Of a stretch of 64,000 nt of DNA, positions 40,234 to 49,057 are shown one piece after another. A program made the translations under genes and the position numbers. Source of the DNA: an uncultured Haladaptatus sp. (GTDB taxonomy: Archaea > Halobacteriota > Halobacteria > Halobacteriales > Haladaptataceae); contig CAYNQM010000001.1 of NCBI GenBank assembly GCA_964399275.1, positions 29,463 to 93,462 on the forward strand, in the 5' to 3' direction. A model generated the notes under the pieces. It ran no database searches and was not told where the DNA came from. It worked only from the letters and a program-made list of their open reading frames with translations. Position 1 is the stretch's first letter, and every line of letters begins with the position of its first letter.

Positions 40234-41871
40234 TCACTCTTCGTCGCTCTCGACCGCCACCAGTCCGTCCTTCGTGAGCCGAACCTGCTGGTTGACCGCG
40301 ACGTTCTCGTAGGTGCGCTCGGTTCCGTCCGGCCACGTCACGGTCAAATCCACTCGTTCGGCGTTCCCGACTCCCATGTGCGAGACGCGACTCTCCTGCG
40401 AGAGGAAGTCCGATTCGACCGTCTGCTGGATGACCGTAGAATCGTCCGGGGTAGTGACGGTGACTTCCGCACCGTAGACGGTCGAACCCTCGGCATCAGC
40501 CACGCGAAACGCGATGCTGTTCCCGGCAGCACCGACGTTCTCGTAGACGGTGACGTCGCCGTCGTACGGTGCGACGACCACGTCTCGGTCGCCATCTCGG
40601 TCGTAGTCGAGCGTCACGAGACCACGCCCGTCGTGCTCGGTCAGGTTGCGAGCAGACGCGTCGAGATTCCGGAAGTCGTCGCCGTCGCGCTCGAACAGCA
40701 TCGGATAGGTGTAGTGTGGGTCGTCGCGGTCGATGCGGACGACGTACTGAGTTGCGTGAATGAGGTCGCGGTCGCCGTCGTTATCGAGGTCGGTCAGACT
40801 CGCGGCCCATCCCCAGCCACCCTGTCGAACGCCGTACGACACCGCCCGGTCGCTGAGGTTGCCCGTCCCGTCGTTCAGCATCAGCGTGTTCCCCTTCGTC
40901 CGTCCGGATTTGAGGACGTAGCCGAACAGGAGCCTGAGCCGTTCGTAGCGTTCGTCGTCCTCGACTTCTTCCAGCGGCAGGTAGATGTTCGTGGTGAACA
41001 CGTCTTGCGCGCCGTCGCCGTTCACGTCGGCGATCTCGGACGCCATCCCGTTGCGCGAGGTGTTGCCGCGCAGGACGCGCTCGGTGAAGGTGCCATCGCC
41101 GTCGTTGACGTACACCGCGTCGGTGTTGTAGTCGTTGGCGACGTGAACGTCCGGGAGGCCGTCGCCGGTGAGGTCGACGAAACTCGCGGCCAGACTCCAG
41201 CGCGATGCGTCACTCAGGCCGGAGTCCCCGACGCGCTCGAAGCCGTTCCCGGTGTTCTCGTAGAGCACGTTCGGATGACCGTTGTCCTTCTCGACGAACT
41301 TGTGGAGGCTGAAGTACCCATCCGGCTTCCCCGTCGCCCAGTCCCCCGACTGGTATATCAGGAGGTCGAGGTCGCCGTCGCGGTCGTAGTCGGCGGCGGT
41401 CGCGCCCATGGGATAGGTCAGATTGCCGAAAGTGACGTTGCTTCGCTCGAACTGCCCGCGGTCGTTGCGGAGCAAGACCGGTTCGTCGTGCGACCGGAGC
41501 AACAGCAAATCCTCCCAACCGTCCCCGTCGTAATCGAGGAAGAGCGCGCTCTTGACCGCATCTCCGGCGGAAGCAAACTCCTCGGCGCGTGCGAACTGAC
41601 CGCCCGTGTTCCGAAAGAGAACGGGGTGGTCGCCGCCGACTGCCAGCACGTCTTGCCAGCCGTCGCGGTCGTAGTCGGCGACGTAGACGCCGTCGTCGCC
41701 GTTACCCGCCCCGCCGCCGTCCGTCCGATAGTCGAGGCCGGAGGCGTCGGTTCGCTCCCGAAAGTCGATGGTCGTATCGAGGCTGTCGCCCGCGCTGATA
41801 CAGCCCGCACTCGCGACCAGCAGGGCGACCAGTGCCAGCGCGCGAAATCGAACCCAAATCGCCCGGTTCAT
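40234..41871 (-). CDS. FG-GAP/VCBS-repeat, ASPIC/UnbV (CRTAC1-like) lipoprotein
   Basis: Lipobox SAGC; repeated DYDRDG, DLTGDG, DVNGDG and DLDNDG calcium-blade motifs; WGWA; C-terminal FLSQ...HMGVG...VTWPDG ASPIC motif. Confidence 0.88.
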   Translation of the reverse strand: MNRAIWVRFRALALVALLVASAGCISAGDSLDTTIDFRERTDASGLDYRTDGGGAGNGDDGVYVADYDRDGWQDVLAVGGDHPVLFRNTGGQFARAEEFASAGDAVKSALFLDYDGDGWEDLLLLRSHDEPVLLRNDRGQFERSNVTFGNLTYPMGATAADYDRDGDLDLLIYQSGDWATGKPDGYFSLHKFVEKDNGHPNVLYENTGNGFERVGDSGLSDASRWSLAASFVDLTGDGLPDVHVANDYNTDAVYVNDGDGTFTERVLRGNTSRNGMASEIADVNGDGAQDVFTTNIYLPLEEVEDDERYERLRLLFGYVLKSGRTKGNTLMLNDGTGNLSDRAVSYGVRQGGWGWAASLTDLDNDGDRDLIHATQYVVRIDRDDPHYTYPMLFERDGDDFRNLDASARNLTEHDGRGLVTLDYDRDGDRDVVVAPYDGDVTVYENVGAAGNSIAFRVADAEGSTVYGAEVTVTTPDDSTVIQQTVESDFLSQESRVSHMGVGNAERVDLTVTWPDGTERTYENVAVNQQVRLTKDGLVAVESDEE

Positions 41872-43169
41872 AGCTGACTCGGAAGTGCTCGCTCGGTTCG
41901 CGGTGGGACGAGGAAGGTGCTTCGGGAGCGCGTGCCGAGGTAATCGACGATGCCGTGGCGGTCGGCGGGCACGTCGATATCGTACTCGTTTACGTTCATG
42001 GCCTTGCGCACGGCGACGAACTTTCGGGTATCCGTCTGAACCGAGGAGAAGTTGAACGCCGATCCGCCGACTTCGTCGGTTGCGACACCCTCCGAACGTC
42101 TGAGAATCTGCGTCTGAAACTCCTCGCTTCTGGCCGAGGCGACTTTCTGGGCGTGGCCGACGATACCGTGCTCGGCCGCCAGCGCGTCCATGTTCTCGAC
42201 GTTCTCCTCGGTGATTCCGCTGTGGCTTCCCAGCGCGTCACCGATGTCGCCGACTTCCTCGTAGTCGTGGGCCGGACAGTACATCTCCTTCAACCGTTGC
42301 CGGTGGGACTGGTCGTACCACTCGTCTAGATGCGTCTGAATCCGCGAGACGGCGAGCGTCGTCCCGCCAGCGAACGGCCCCTCCGACAGCGTTGCGATAT
42401 CCTCCGGCGGGAGACTGTTGTCGAAACCGGCCCGGAATCCCATCGACAGCGGTGCGTCGTCCGGAATGTTCTCGTTGTCGATTTCTTGGGCGGGACGACC
42501 TTTTCCGAGGACGCCGGTTCGACGCTCCGATACGTCGAAAATTCCGGTTAGGCGAGCATCAACCTCGACACCGTTGAGTCGCTCCTTCTCGCCGAACAGT
42601 GCTTGCTCGGCCGCGAGTAGGATGGAAGCGTAGTCGCTATCGAGGAGCAACAGGGCGTCGAAGTCGGCGGCCAGCGAGGTGTCTTCGCCGAGCGCGGCCA
42701 ACACCTCCTCGGGTCGTTGGAGTCCGTCCACTTCGATATCCACTCGGTCGAGGTAACGCGGCGCGTAGCCGAGCATGAACAGTAAACCGTTGTTGACGCT
42801 TCCGCTGGTGTCGAGTCCGCTTCCCCACTGGAAGGCGCGTTCGAGCACTCGCAGTGCGTTTTCGACCTGTTCGCGCTCTTGCTCGGTCGGGGGAATCGAC
42901 CCGTCGTAGGCGAGACCGAGGAGCAGTTGGTGCTGGCTCTGGGTTTCGGTGCCGTGAACGCTCCGTACCAAGTAGTCGTCCCACGCGTGTTGGCGTGCCG
43001 GGAGTGCAGACCTCTCTTCGACTCCCCGAGGGTACTCCGGTGGATCAGCCTCGCCATCCGGCGACCGTTCGGCCTCTTGACAGGCCGCGAGTGCGCTTGC
43101 ACCGCCGATAGCGAGCGCAGACCGCACCAGCGCGCGACGCGAGAGTCCGCGAGAATCGTCGGCAGTCAT
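41868..43169 (-). CDS. Tat-exported lipoprotein with DyP-peroxidase-like motifs (DUF7405-like)
   Basis: SRRALVR...LAAC signal; LPARQHAW, MGFRAG, GPFAGGT, GHAQK, ILRR and terminal FLVPP line up with the DyP layout. 4-bp overlap with the ASPIC gene. Confidence 0.75.
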   Translation of the reverse strand: MTADDSRGLSRRALVRSALAIGGASALAACQEAERSPDGEADPPEYPRGVEERSALPARQHAWDDYLVRSVHGTETQSQHQLLLGLAYDGSIPPTEQEREQVENALRVLERAFQWGSGLDTSGSVNNGLLFMLGYAPRYLDRVDIEVDGLQRPEEVLAALGEDTSLAADFDALLLLDSDYASILLAAEQALFGEKERLNGVEVDARLTGIFDVSERRTGVLGKGRPAQEIDNENIPDDAPLSMGFRAGFDNSLPPEDIATLSEGPFAGGTTLAVSRIQTHLDEWYDQSHRQRLKEMYCPAHDYEEVGDIGDALGSHSGITEENVENMDALAAEHGIVGHAQKVASARSEEFQTQILRRSEGVATDEVGGSAFNFSSVQTDTRKFVAVRKAMNVNEYDIDVPADRHGIVDYLGTRSRSTFLVPPRTERALPSQL

Positions 43170-43280
43170 TCAGCATCAGTTGCGGCCTCCGCACCAAAGT
43201 ATTTATTTCTACCATTTGACTAATTCTGGCGGCCGAATCGAACCCGCACGTATTTACGATACTGACCGCATCTTCACACC

Positions 43281-44189
43281 ATGACCTCGGACTCATCGAG
43301 TCCACTCGACGGAATCACTCCAGCATCGGTCACTCCTGACGACATCGACGAAACGGCGGTTCACGCCGCCCTCGCGTCTTCGAACCCGATGGTTCGACAG
43401 CGTGGCGTCGAAGTCTGTGAAACTCTCGCGGAGGCGGACGTCGATGCAGTGCGACCGTTCCTCGACGAAGTCGCACCGCTCGCCGCCGACGGCAACGTGG
43501 TAGTGTCGTTGCGCGCATTCGCCGTTCTCGACGCCGTTTCGGAGCGCGAACCGTCAGCGTTGGACGGCAGACTGGCCGACCCCGTCAGTGCAGTTGACTC
43601 CGAAATCGTTGACGTTCAACTGACTGGGGCAACGCTCCTCGGGACGCTGGTCGTGAAGCGACCCGACCTCGTCGCACCGTACGCTCGACAGCTAATCGAA
43701 GCCATTCGAGCGACGGAACCCGACCCCGAAGTCAGGGACTTCAGCGACGTCGTTGCCGATGAAGTGACGCAACGAACGCTCCGAGAACACGAAGAGAGCG
43801 AACGCACGCGACGTATTTCGGCCCGCCGGACGCTAATCAACGTCGTCGTCGCCGTCACCGAGCAGGAACCTGCGTCGTCGTTCGACCTCGTTGACGACCT
43901 CGTCACGTTGTTGGGAGACGTTGACCCCGGCATCGTCGGGGGTGCTATCGACGCACTCGGCGAACTTGCGACGGAGAATCCGAGCGCCGTCGCCCCCGTC
44001 AGCGACCGATTGCGAGAGTGCCTCGACCACGACCGAACCGTCGTCCGAGCGCGCGCCATCCGCGCGCTCGGCCATCTCGGGGACGACGCGGCGGTCGAAA
44101 AACTGCGAATTCTCGCCGACTCCGACGCCGACGAAAACGTCCGAGAAATCGCCGCAAAGACCGCGAACTTCCTCGAAGATACGTCGTAG
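43281..44189 (+). CDS. HEAT/PBS-lyase repeat protein
   Basis: Repeated helical units (PMVRQRGVEVC, PGIVGGAIDALG, TVVRARAIRALG, ENVREIAAKT); acidic. Confidence 0.85.
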   Translation: MTSDSSSPLDGITPASVTPDDIDETAVHAALASSNPMVRQRGVEVCETLAEADVDAVRPFLDEVAPLAADGNVVVSLRAFAVLDAVSEREPSALDGRLADPVSAVDSEIVDVQLTGATLLGTLVVKRPDLVAPYARQLIEAIRATEPDPEVRDFSDVVADEVTQRTLREHEESERTRRISARRTLINVVVAVTEQEPASSFDLVDDLVTLLGDVDPGIVGGAIDALGELATENPSAVAPVSDRLRECLDHDRTVVRARAIRALGHLGDDAAVEKLRILADSDADENVREIAAKTANFLEDTS

Positions 44190-44218
44190 AGCGCGGGCAC
44201 GTCGGTGGTCGGTGTTTC

Positions 44219-44452
44219 TCAGTTCTCCATCGCTCGCTTCGTACAGTACCAGTAGGTCACGCTGAAGAAGACGAACGCGCCGACCACCAGCACCGCGTCG
44301 AGAACGAGAATGGGAAACGTGTCGTCGCCCGGTTCGACGTACAGCGCCGACAGTCCGAGAAAGAGACCCATGGCGATGAGGAGGGAGAGTATCAGTTTCA
44401 TCTGTCTCCGTTGCGCGCAGACGAGATCCAACAGCGCCGACGTTTTCGACAT
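44219..44452 (-). CDS. Small two-TM membrane protein
   Basis: Two hydrophobic helices separated by VEPGDDTF. Start set at ATG 44452. Confidence 0.7.
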   Translation of the reverse strand: MSKTSALLDLVCAQRRQMKLILSLLIAMGLFLGLSALYVEPGDDTFPILVLDAVLVVGAFVFFSVTYWYCTKRAMEN

Positions 44453-44521
44453 AGTTCGAGGATGGTAGACGGGCGTCAAAAGTGCAGTGGTCGGTCGCGG
44501 AAATACTCGAACTTCTGCAGG

Positions 44522-46612
44522 CTACGCATCCGGCCCGTCCAAAGCGTCGGCAGACGGAACTCGGTCGCGCTGGTCGGGAATGCCCGAGTAGTCGTGGAAG
44601 AACGCGACCAGCGTATCGCGCCAGCGTTCCGCCTGCACGACTTGCTCGTCGAACCGTTCCGCGACATGGCGGAATCGTTCGTCGTCTATCTTCCCGTCGA
44701 GCGAATACCACTCGTCGCGGAGGCGCTCGGCGGCCGCTGTCCCGGCGAAGCAGTTGTCGTAGAGCGTCTGTACCACCGTTCGCCCGTTTTCTAATTCGTA
44801 CTCCCACGGCAGGTGGTGGAAGAACAGGAGCAGTTCGTTCGGGCAGGTTTCGGGATCGTCGTACTGCTCAGCGGGCACGGCCGGGTACTGTTGAGCGTAG
44901 CCGTTCCCCTTCGAATTGCGGTCTTTGCCGATGCCGTCCTCGGTGGCACCGTGATACCCCGGCCACTCCTCGGGACTCGGGTCGTAGTGGTTCTCCAAGC
45001 GGGCTTCCCCGTTGTACATCATATGCATGAGACCGAGTCCGCCGGTCGTGTAATCGACGACCGCTGGCCAACTGTCGTGCATGACGTCCGCTAACGTCTC
45101 GACCACCGTCGGGTCGCCGCCGAACGTCTGCCGAATCCACTCGTCCGTGATGGTCTCTTCGTCGAGGTCGGGATTCCACGCCAGACGACCGTAGCCGTAG
45201 AGATTGGCCTGTGCGAGATAGTGGCCTGTCCAGTTCGGGTCTTCTCCGGGGCCGCCGACTCCGGCAACGCCGGTGCCCTCCTCGGTGAACAGGTCTTTGA
45301 CCTGCTTGCCACCTCCCTCCGGGTCGGTGTCGAACTCCAACACCTCCTTCCACATCGGAACGTGGTAGCAGGCGTGGACGTGCTGGCCGGTGTACTCGCC
45401 GGTTATCTGTAGCTCCAATCCGAGGTTCGTCTCGGGCATCTGCCCGAAGACCGGAGATACGGGCTCGCGCGGTTGGAAGTCGATGGGGCCGTTTTTGACT
45501 TGGACGGTGACGTTTTCGTGGAACTCGCCGTCGAGCGGTTCGAAGGTGTCGTACTGCTGGACTGCCCGGTCTTCGTGCGAACCGTAGACGAACGCGCGCC
45601 ACCAGACGCGGCCGCCGTGGGGTTCGAGCGCTCGCGCGAGCACGTTCGCTCCATCGACGTGGTCGGCGTCGTAGTTGTACGGTCCCGGCTGGCCCTCGGA
45701 GTCGGCCTTGACCAGAAATCCGCCGAAGTCCGGGATTCGCTCGTAGATTTCGTCCGCTTTCGCCGACCACCACTGCTCGACCGCGTCGTCGCACGGATCG
45801 GCGGTGTCGAGGTTGCCGACCTTCTCGGGCGCGCCGAAGTTCACCGAAAGGTAGAGTCGGATGCCATAGCGCCGGAACAGTGCGGCGAGCCCGGTTAACT
45901 TCTCCAGATACCGCGTTTCGAGGAGTTGCCACCCGCCCAACTCGTTCGTCGCTTCGTTGGCGCTGTCACGGTCGGGAATCTGCGTATTGACGTTGTTCAC
46001 GACGATACCGTTGATACCGACGGACGCGAGCAGGCGGGCGTAATCGACGTATCGGTCGCGGAGGTCGGGCAGTCGTTCGAAGTCGAATAGCGACTGCCCG
46101 GCGTACCCGCGTTCGACCGACCGACGGAACGGGTTGTCCCAGTGGTTGATGATTCGCTCGGCACTCGTCGGTTCTTCGACGACGTTGAGGTCGTCGAGGG
46201 GCCGTCCGAGCGACATGTGCCGGAGGAGGTGAAACGTCCCGTACACCAGGCCTCTGTCGGTGGACGCCGTGACGACCACGATTTCGCTTCCCTCCCAGTC
46301 GGCGGTTCGGAGGAGATATCCACCGTCGTCCAGCGCGTTAACGGTCTCGACCGAGACGCAGTCGCTGATTACCTCCATCTCGGAGGGCGTGCCGACCGCC
46401 AAAAAACCGTCCGCAGACCGCGGTGGATGTTGCCAGAAGTGAGGTTCTCGCCCGAGCAATCCCCGGAGTCCACGCCGCAGTTCGTCCCGAACGGCACCGA
46501 GCTCCGGTGCCCCAGCGGATGCGTAGACGTTCGAACAGCGCTCTCGATACGACGCCGAACTCTCGCCTTCGGCATACCGGAGCCAGCAGTCGTCGTACTC
46601 TCCTTTGGACAT
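44522..46612 (-). CDS. aguA: GH67 alpha-glucuronidase
   Basis: CWLRY, NHWDN, ERGYAG, NNVN, VKADSEGQPGP, KNGPIDFQPREP, QANLYGYGRLAWNP and LLLFFHH. No signal peptide. Confidence 0.94.
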   Translation of the reverse strand: MSKGEYDDCWLRYAEGESSASYRERCSNVYASAGAPELGAVRDELRRGLRGLLGREPHFWQHPPRSADGFLAVGTPSEMEVISDCVSVETVNALDDGGYLLRTADWEGSEIVVVTASTDRGLVYGTFHLLRHMSLGRPLDDLNVVEEPTSAERIINHWDNPFRRSVERGYAGQSLFDFERLPDLRDRYVDYARLLASVGINGIVVNNVNTQIPDRDSANEATNELGGWQLLETRYLEKLTGLAALFRRYGIRLYLSVNFGAPEKVGNLDTADPCDDAVEQWWSAKADEIYERIPDFGGFLVKADSEGQPGPYNYDADHVDGANVLARALEPHGGRVWWRAFVYGSHEDRAVQQYDTFEPLDGEFHENVTVQVKNGPIDFQPREPVSPVFGQMPETNLGLELQITGEYTGQHVHACYHVPMWKEVLEFDTDPEGGGKQVKDLFTEEGTGVAGVGGPGEDPNWTGHYLAQANLYGYGRLAWNPDLDEETITDEWIRQTFGGDPTVVETLADVMHDSWPAVVDYTTGGLGLMHMMYNGEARLENHYDPSPEEWPGYHGATEDGIGKDRNSKGNGYAQQYPAVPAEQYDDPETCPNELLLFFHHLPWEYELENGRTVVQTLYDNCFAGTAAAERLRDEWYSLDGKIDDERFRHVAERFDEQVVQAERWRDTLVAFFHDYSGIPDQRDRVPSADALDGPDA

Positions 46613-46720
46613 CTCGTGCACGTTTCGCTCCCGTCTGTAAATCGTTGACGGTCGTCACACGTCGCCTTCGACGCTCACTTTCGAACTTCATCTCTGTCTG
46701 CCACAGCACTCCGCGAGTGA

Positions 46721-46735
46721 TTCAGTATTACTGAA
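46721..46735. promoter_or_regulatory. Perfect 15-bp palindrome in the aguA/IclR divergent promoter (candidate IclR operator)
   Basis: TTCAGTA-T-TACTGAA. A related TTCA-N7-TGAA occurs at 47671-47685. Confidence 0.55.
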
Positions 46736-46792
46736 CGAATTGTTTTATTGATGAACAAATGTTTCAATAGCCAGTGACGAGAACGCCTCGAC

Positions 46793-47557
46793 ATGGGAAA
46801 GCAAGCGAAACACGCCGTGAAGTCGGTGGAGAACGCGTTCGAGATACTCGATGCGCTAAAAGAACTCAACGGCGCGGGGGTTTCGACGCTCTCCGACCAC
46901 TTGGGACTGCCAAAGAGCACGATTCACAACTATCTGAGCACCCTCTTGCAGGAGGAGTACGTCGTCAAAGACGGTTCGACGTATCACGTTGGAATCCGGT
47001 TTCTGGAGTACGGTGCCTTCGCTCGCGTCCAAATGGACATTTACGACATTGCGAGAAAGGAGATAGACACGCTCGCCGAGACGACGGGAGAGTTGGCGAA
47101 CCTGATGGTCGAACAACACGGACGTGGGTCATATCTTCATCGCGCACGCGGAGAACGAGCGGTTCAGGTCGAAGCCCACGTCGGGACGCGCGTCCCGCTC
47201 CATGGAACCGGCTTGGGGAAAGCAATACTCGCCCACCTTCCCGAAGAGCGAGTCGATGAAATAATCGAAATGCACGGTCTCACCGGTTTTACTCCGACGA
47301 CGATTACCGACCGGGCGGAACTGAAAGCCGAACTGGAAGAGATACGCGAGACGGGCGTCGCGTTCGACGACGAAGAGCGTCTCTCGGGTCTGCGGTGCGT
47401 CGCCGCCCCGATTCTGAGCAACAACGGGCGTGTCCTCGGTTCGATTAGCGTCTCCGGCCCCTCGAACCGAATTCGGGACAAGCGTTTCTCCGAAGAACTC
47501 CCGAATCAGGTGCTTGAAGCCGTCAACGTCATCGAACTGAACGTCACCTACTCGTAG
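46793..47557 (+). CDS. IclR-family transcriptional regulator (XacR-like)
   Basis: HTH LPKSTIHNYLSTL; TGELANL, LHGTGLGKAILAHL and GLRCVAAP...ISVSGP. Divergent from the xylan genes. Confidence 0.93.
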   Translation: MGKQAKHAVKSVENAFEILDALKELNGAGVSTLSDHLGLPKSTIHNYLSTLLQEEYVVKDGSTYHVGIRFLEYGAFARVQMDIYDIARKEIDTLAETTGELANLMVEQHGRGSYLHRARGERAVQVEAHVGTRVPLHGTGLGKAILAHLPEERVDEIIEMHGLTGFTPTTITDRAELKAELEEIRETGVAFDDEERLSGLRCVAAPILSNNGRVLGSISVSGPSNRIRDKRFSEELPNQVLEAVNVIELNVTYS

Positions 47558-47706
47558 AGCACTAGTCACGGTTTCGTCTCTCGTCCCGCAACTCGGTCGC
47601 GACGGTGCGAGTTTCTCGTCGGTAATTTCGCTCGGTTACTGAACAGACGTATCACATTGTCGCATCATTGTTCAGCCAACATGAATACCGTATTTTTGAT
47701 TCCAAT

Positions 47707-47728
47707 GATTCATGCTTGAACATGAATC
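47707..47728. repeat. Inverted repeat GATTCATG-N6-CATGAATC
   Basis: Perfect 8-bp arms in the long intergenic region between the IclR gene and rdfA. Confidence 0.5.
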
Positions 47729-48337
47729 GTGCTTTTCGATGCTGACTCGTCCACAATCTTCGAGAGATATACACAAAACGTCCATTGTGAACCGCTACGA
47801 CGAGTGAGATCTCACCATCGACGTTCATAATCCCAGAATCCGATATCGTGCGTCTTCCCGAGTATCAGACTCCAAGACGCAGTATTCTGCTCTTGGATGT
47901 GCCACGTTACCGTTTATCTATGAGGGTTTCCCCCACCATTACAAAAATAGTGTTGTAATGTTCCGAATCGATGCTCCTTCTCCGAGAAAGTGTGGCGGTA
48001 GTTGGCAGTTGCCAATCGACCGTCGAGGAGGAATTACAGTCCTATACTTGTAAGGATTGGCGGGAGTGGCGTTCGTCGCCGATTCGTTGAGCATTGTGAC
48101 TCGTCTCTCTCAGGGCGACGACCCAAGCATCGACTGGAACAATGTCGTTCGACTGACGTTGACGATGGCACCCTTTTCCAGTCCTCTGTATCGAAATCGA
48201 AACCGATTTCATTGGAGAACTGCGAGCAAAACATGGAGTTTAATCTTTACACGTTTCGTTTGGATAGCACCGAACGGAAAGAATCTTGTCCCTCGGCACC
48301 AGACCATCGAGTAGCAAACGAGCGGATGTCTCGAAGT

Positions 48338-48955
48338 ATGAGTACTGATTCCAACACAAAGATATCCAGCAAAGTACAGCGCGTCATCGACGACTATGGG
48401 TTAGAAGGACTGGGTGATACGCTCATCTCGTACTGGATTGGAGAAACCGACCAACAGTACAGCCTTCGTCAGCTTGCCGACGTATTCAATCAGGAGGTGT
48501 TGCGCGCCGCGTTGGCCGATTCGGGCGTCTCGACGCTCGACGGCGAGGTCGAAAACACGTACCGGCTGTTGACGAGCGACGACGTCAGCAGTGGGGTTCG
48601 GACGGAGACGAAAAATTCGCTCGAACGCGACGGACTCGACGTGGAACGACTCAAGCGAGATTTCGTCTCGCACCAAGCCGTCCACACGTACCTCACCAAA
48701 TATCGGGGCGTGGACTACCCCTCGCAGGACGACGACTCTCTGCGTCTCGAAAAGGGGGCCGAAACGATTCAGCGACTGCGGAGTCGCACCGCCGCCGTAA
48801 CCGAATCGACGCTCGAAAATCTTCGAAACGCCGACCAGATTACGCTCGGCGACTTCGAGTTGTTTGCCGACCTCCGCGTCGTCTGTAACACGTGCGGCAA
48901 ATCATTGTCCGTGGACGAACTTCTGCAAGAAGGCGGCTGTGACTGCTCGTCGTGA
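48338..48955 (+). CDS. rdfA: Rod-determining factor RdfA-like protein
   Basis: SKVQRVI..YGL, SLRQLADVFN, DFVSHQAVHTYL and C-terminal CxxC...GGCDC. Lies directly upstream of a Sph-type SMC-like gene. Start set at ATG 48338. Confidence 0.82.
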   Translation: MSTDSNTKISSKVQRVIDDYGLEGLGDTLISYWIGETDQQYSLRQLADVFNQEVLRAALADSGVSTLDGEVENTYRLLTSDDVSSGVRTETKNSLERDGLDVERLKRDFVSHQAVHTYLTKYRGVDYPSQDDDSLRLEKGAETIQRLRSRTAAVTESTLENLRNADQITLGDFELFADLRVVCNTCGKSLSVDELLQEGGCDCSS

Positions 48956-49027
48956 ATTAGCGTCCGTGATGGGTATCGGATGGGAGTCGAGGCTTCGTAC
49001 CGTCACACCGGCCGACGAATATGACCA

Positions 49028-49033
49028 TTTATA
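49028..49033 (+). promoter_or_regulatory. TATA box upstream of the sph3-like gene
   Basis: TTTATA 25-30 bp upstream of ATG 49058. Confidence 0.5.
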
Positions 49034-49057
49034 TTGACGGGGAAACAGTGTTTTCAC

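Noticed and set aside
48002-48337. N-terminal extension of rdfA in the ORF track (similar extensions on aor, the amidohydrolase, the SDR and uxuA)
   Set aside because: The extensions have non-halophilic composition, and family similarity begins only at the downstream ATGs.
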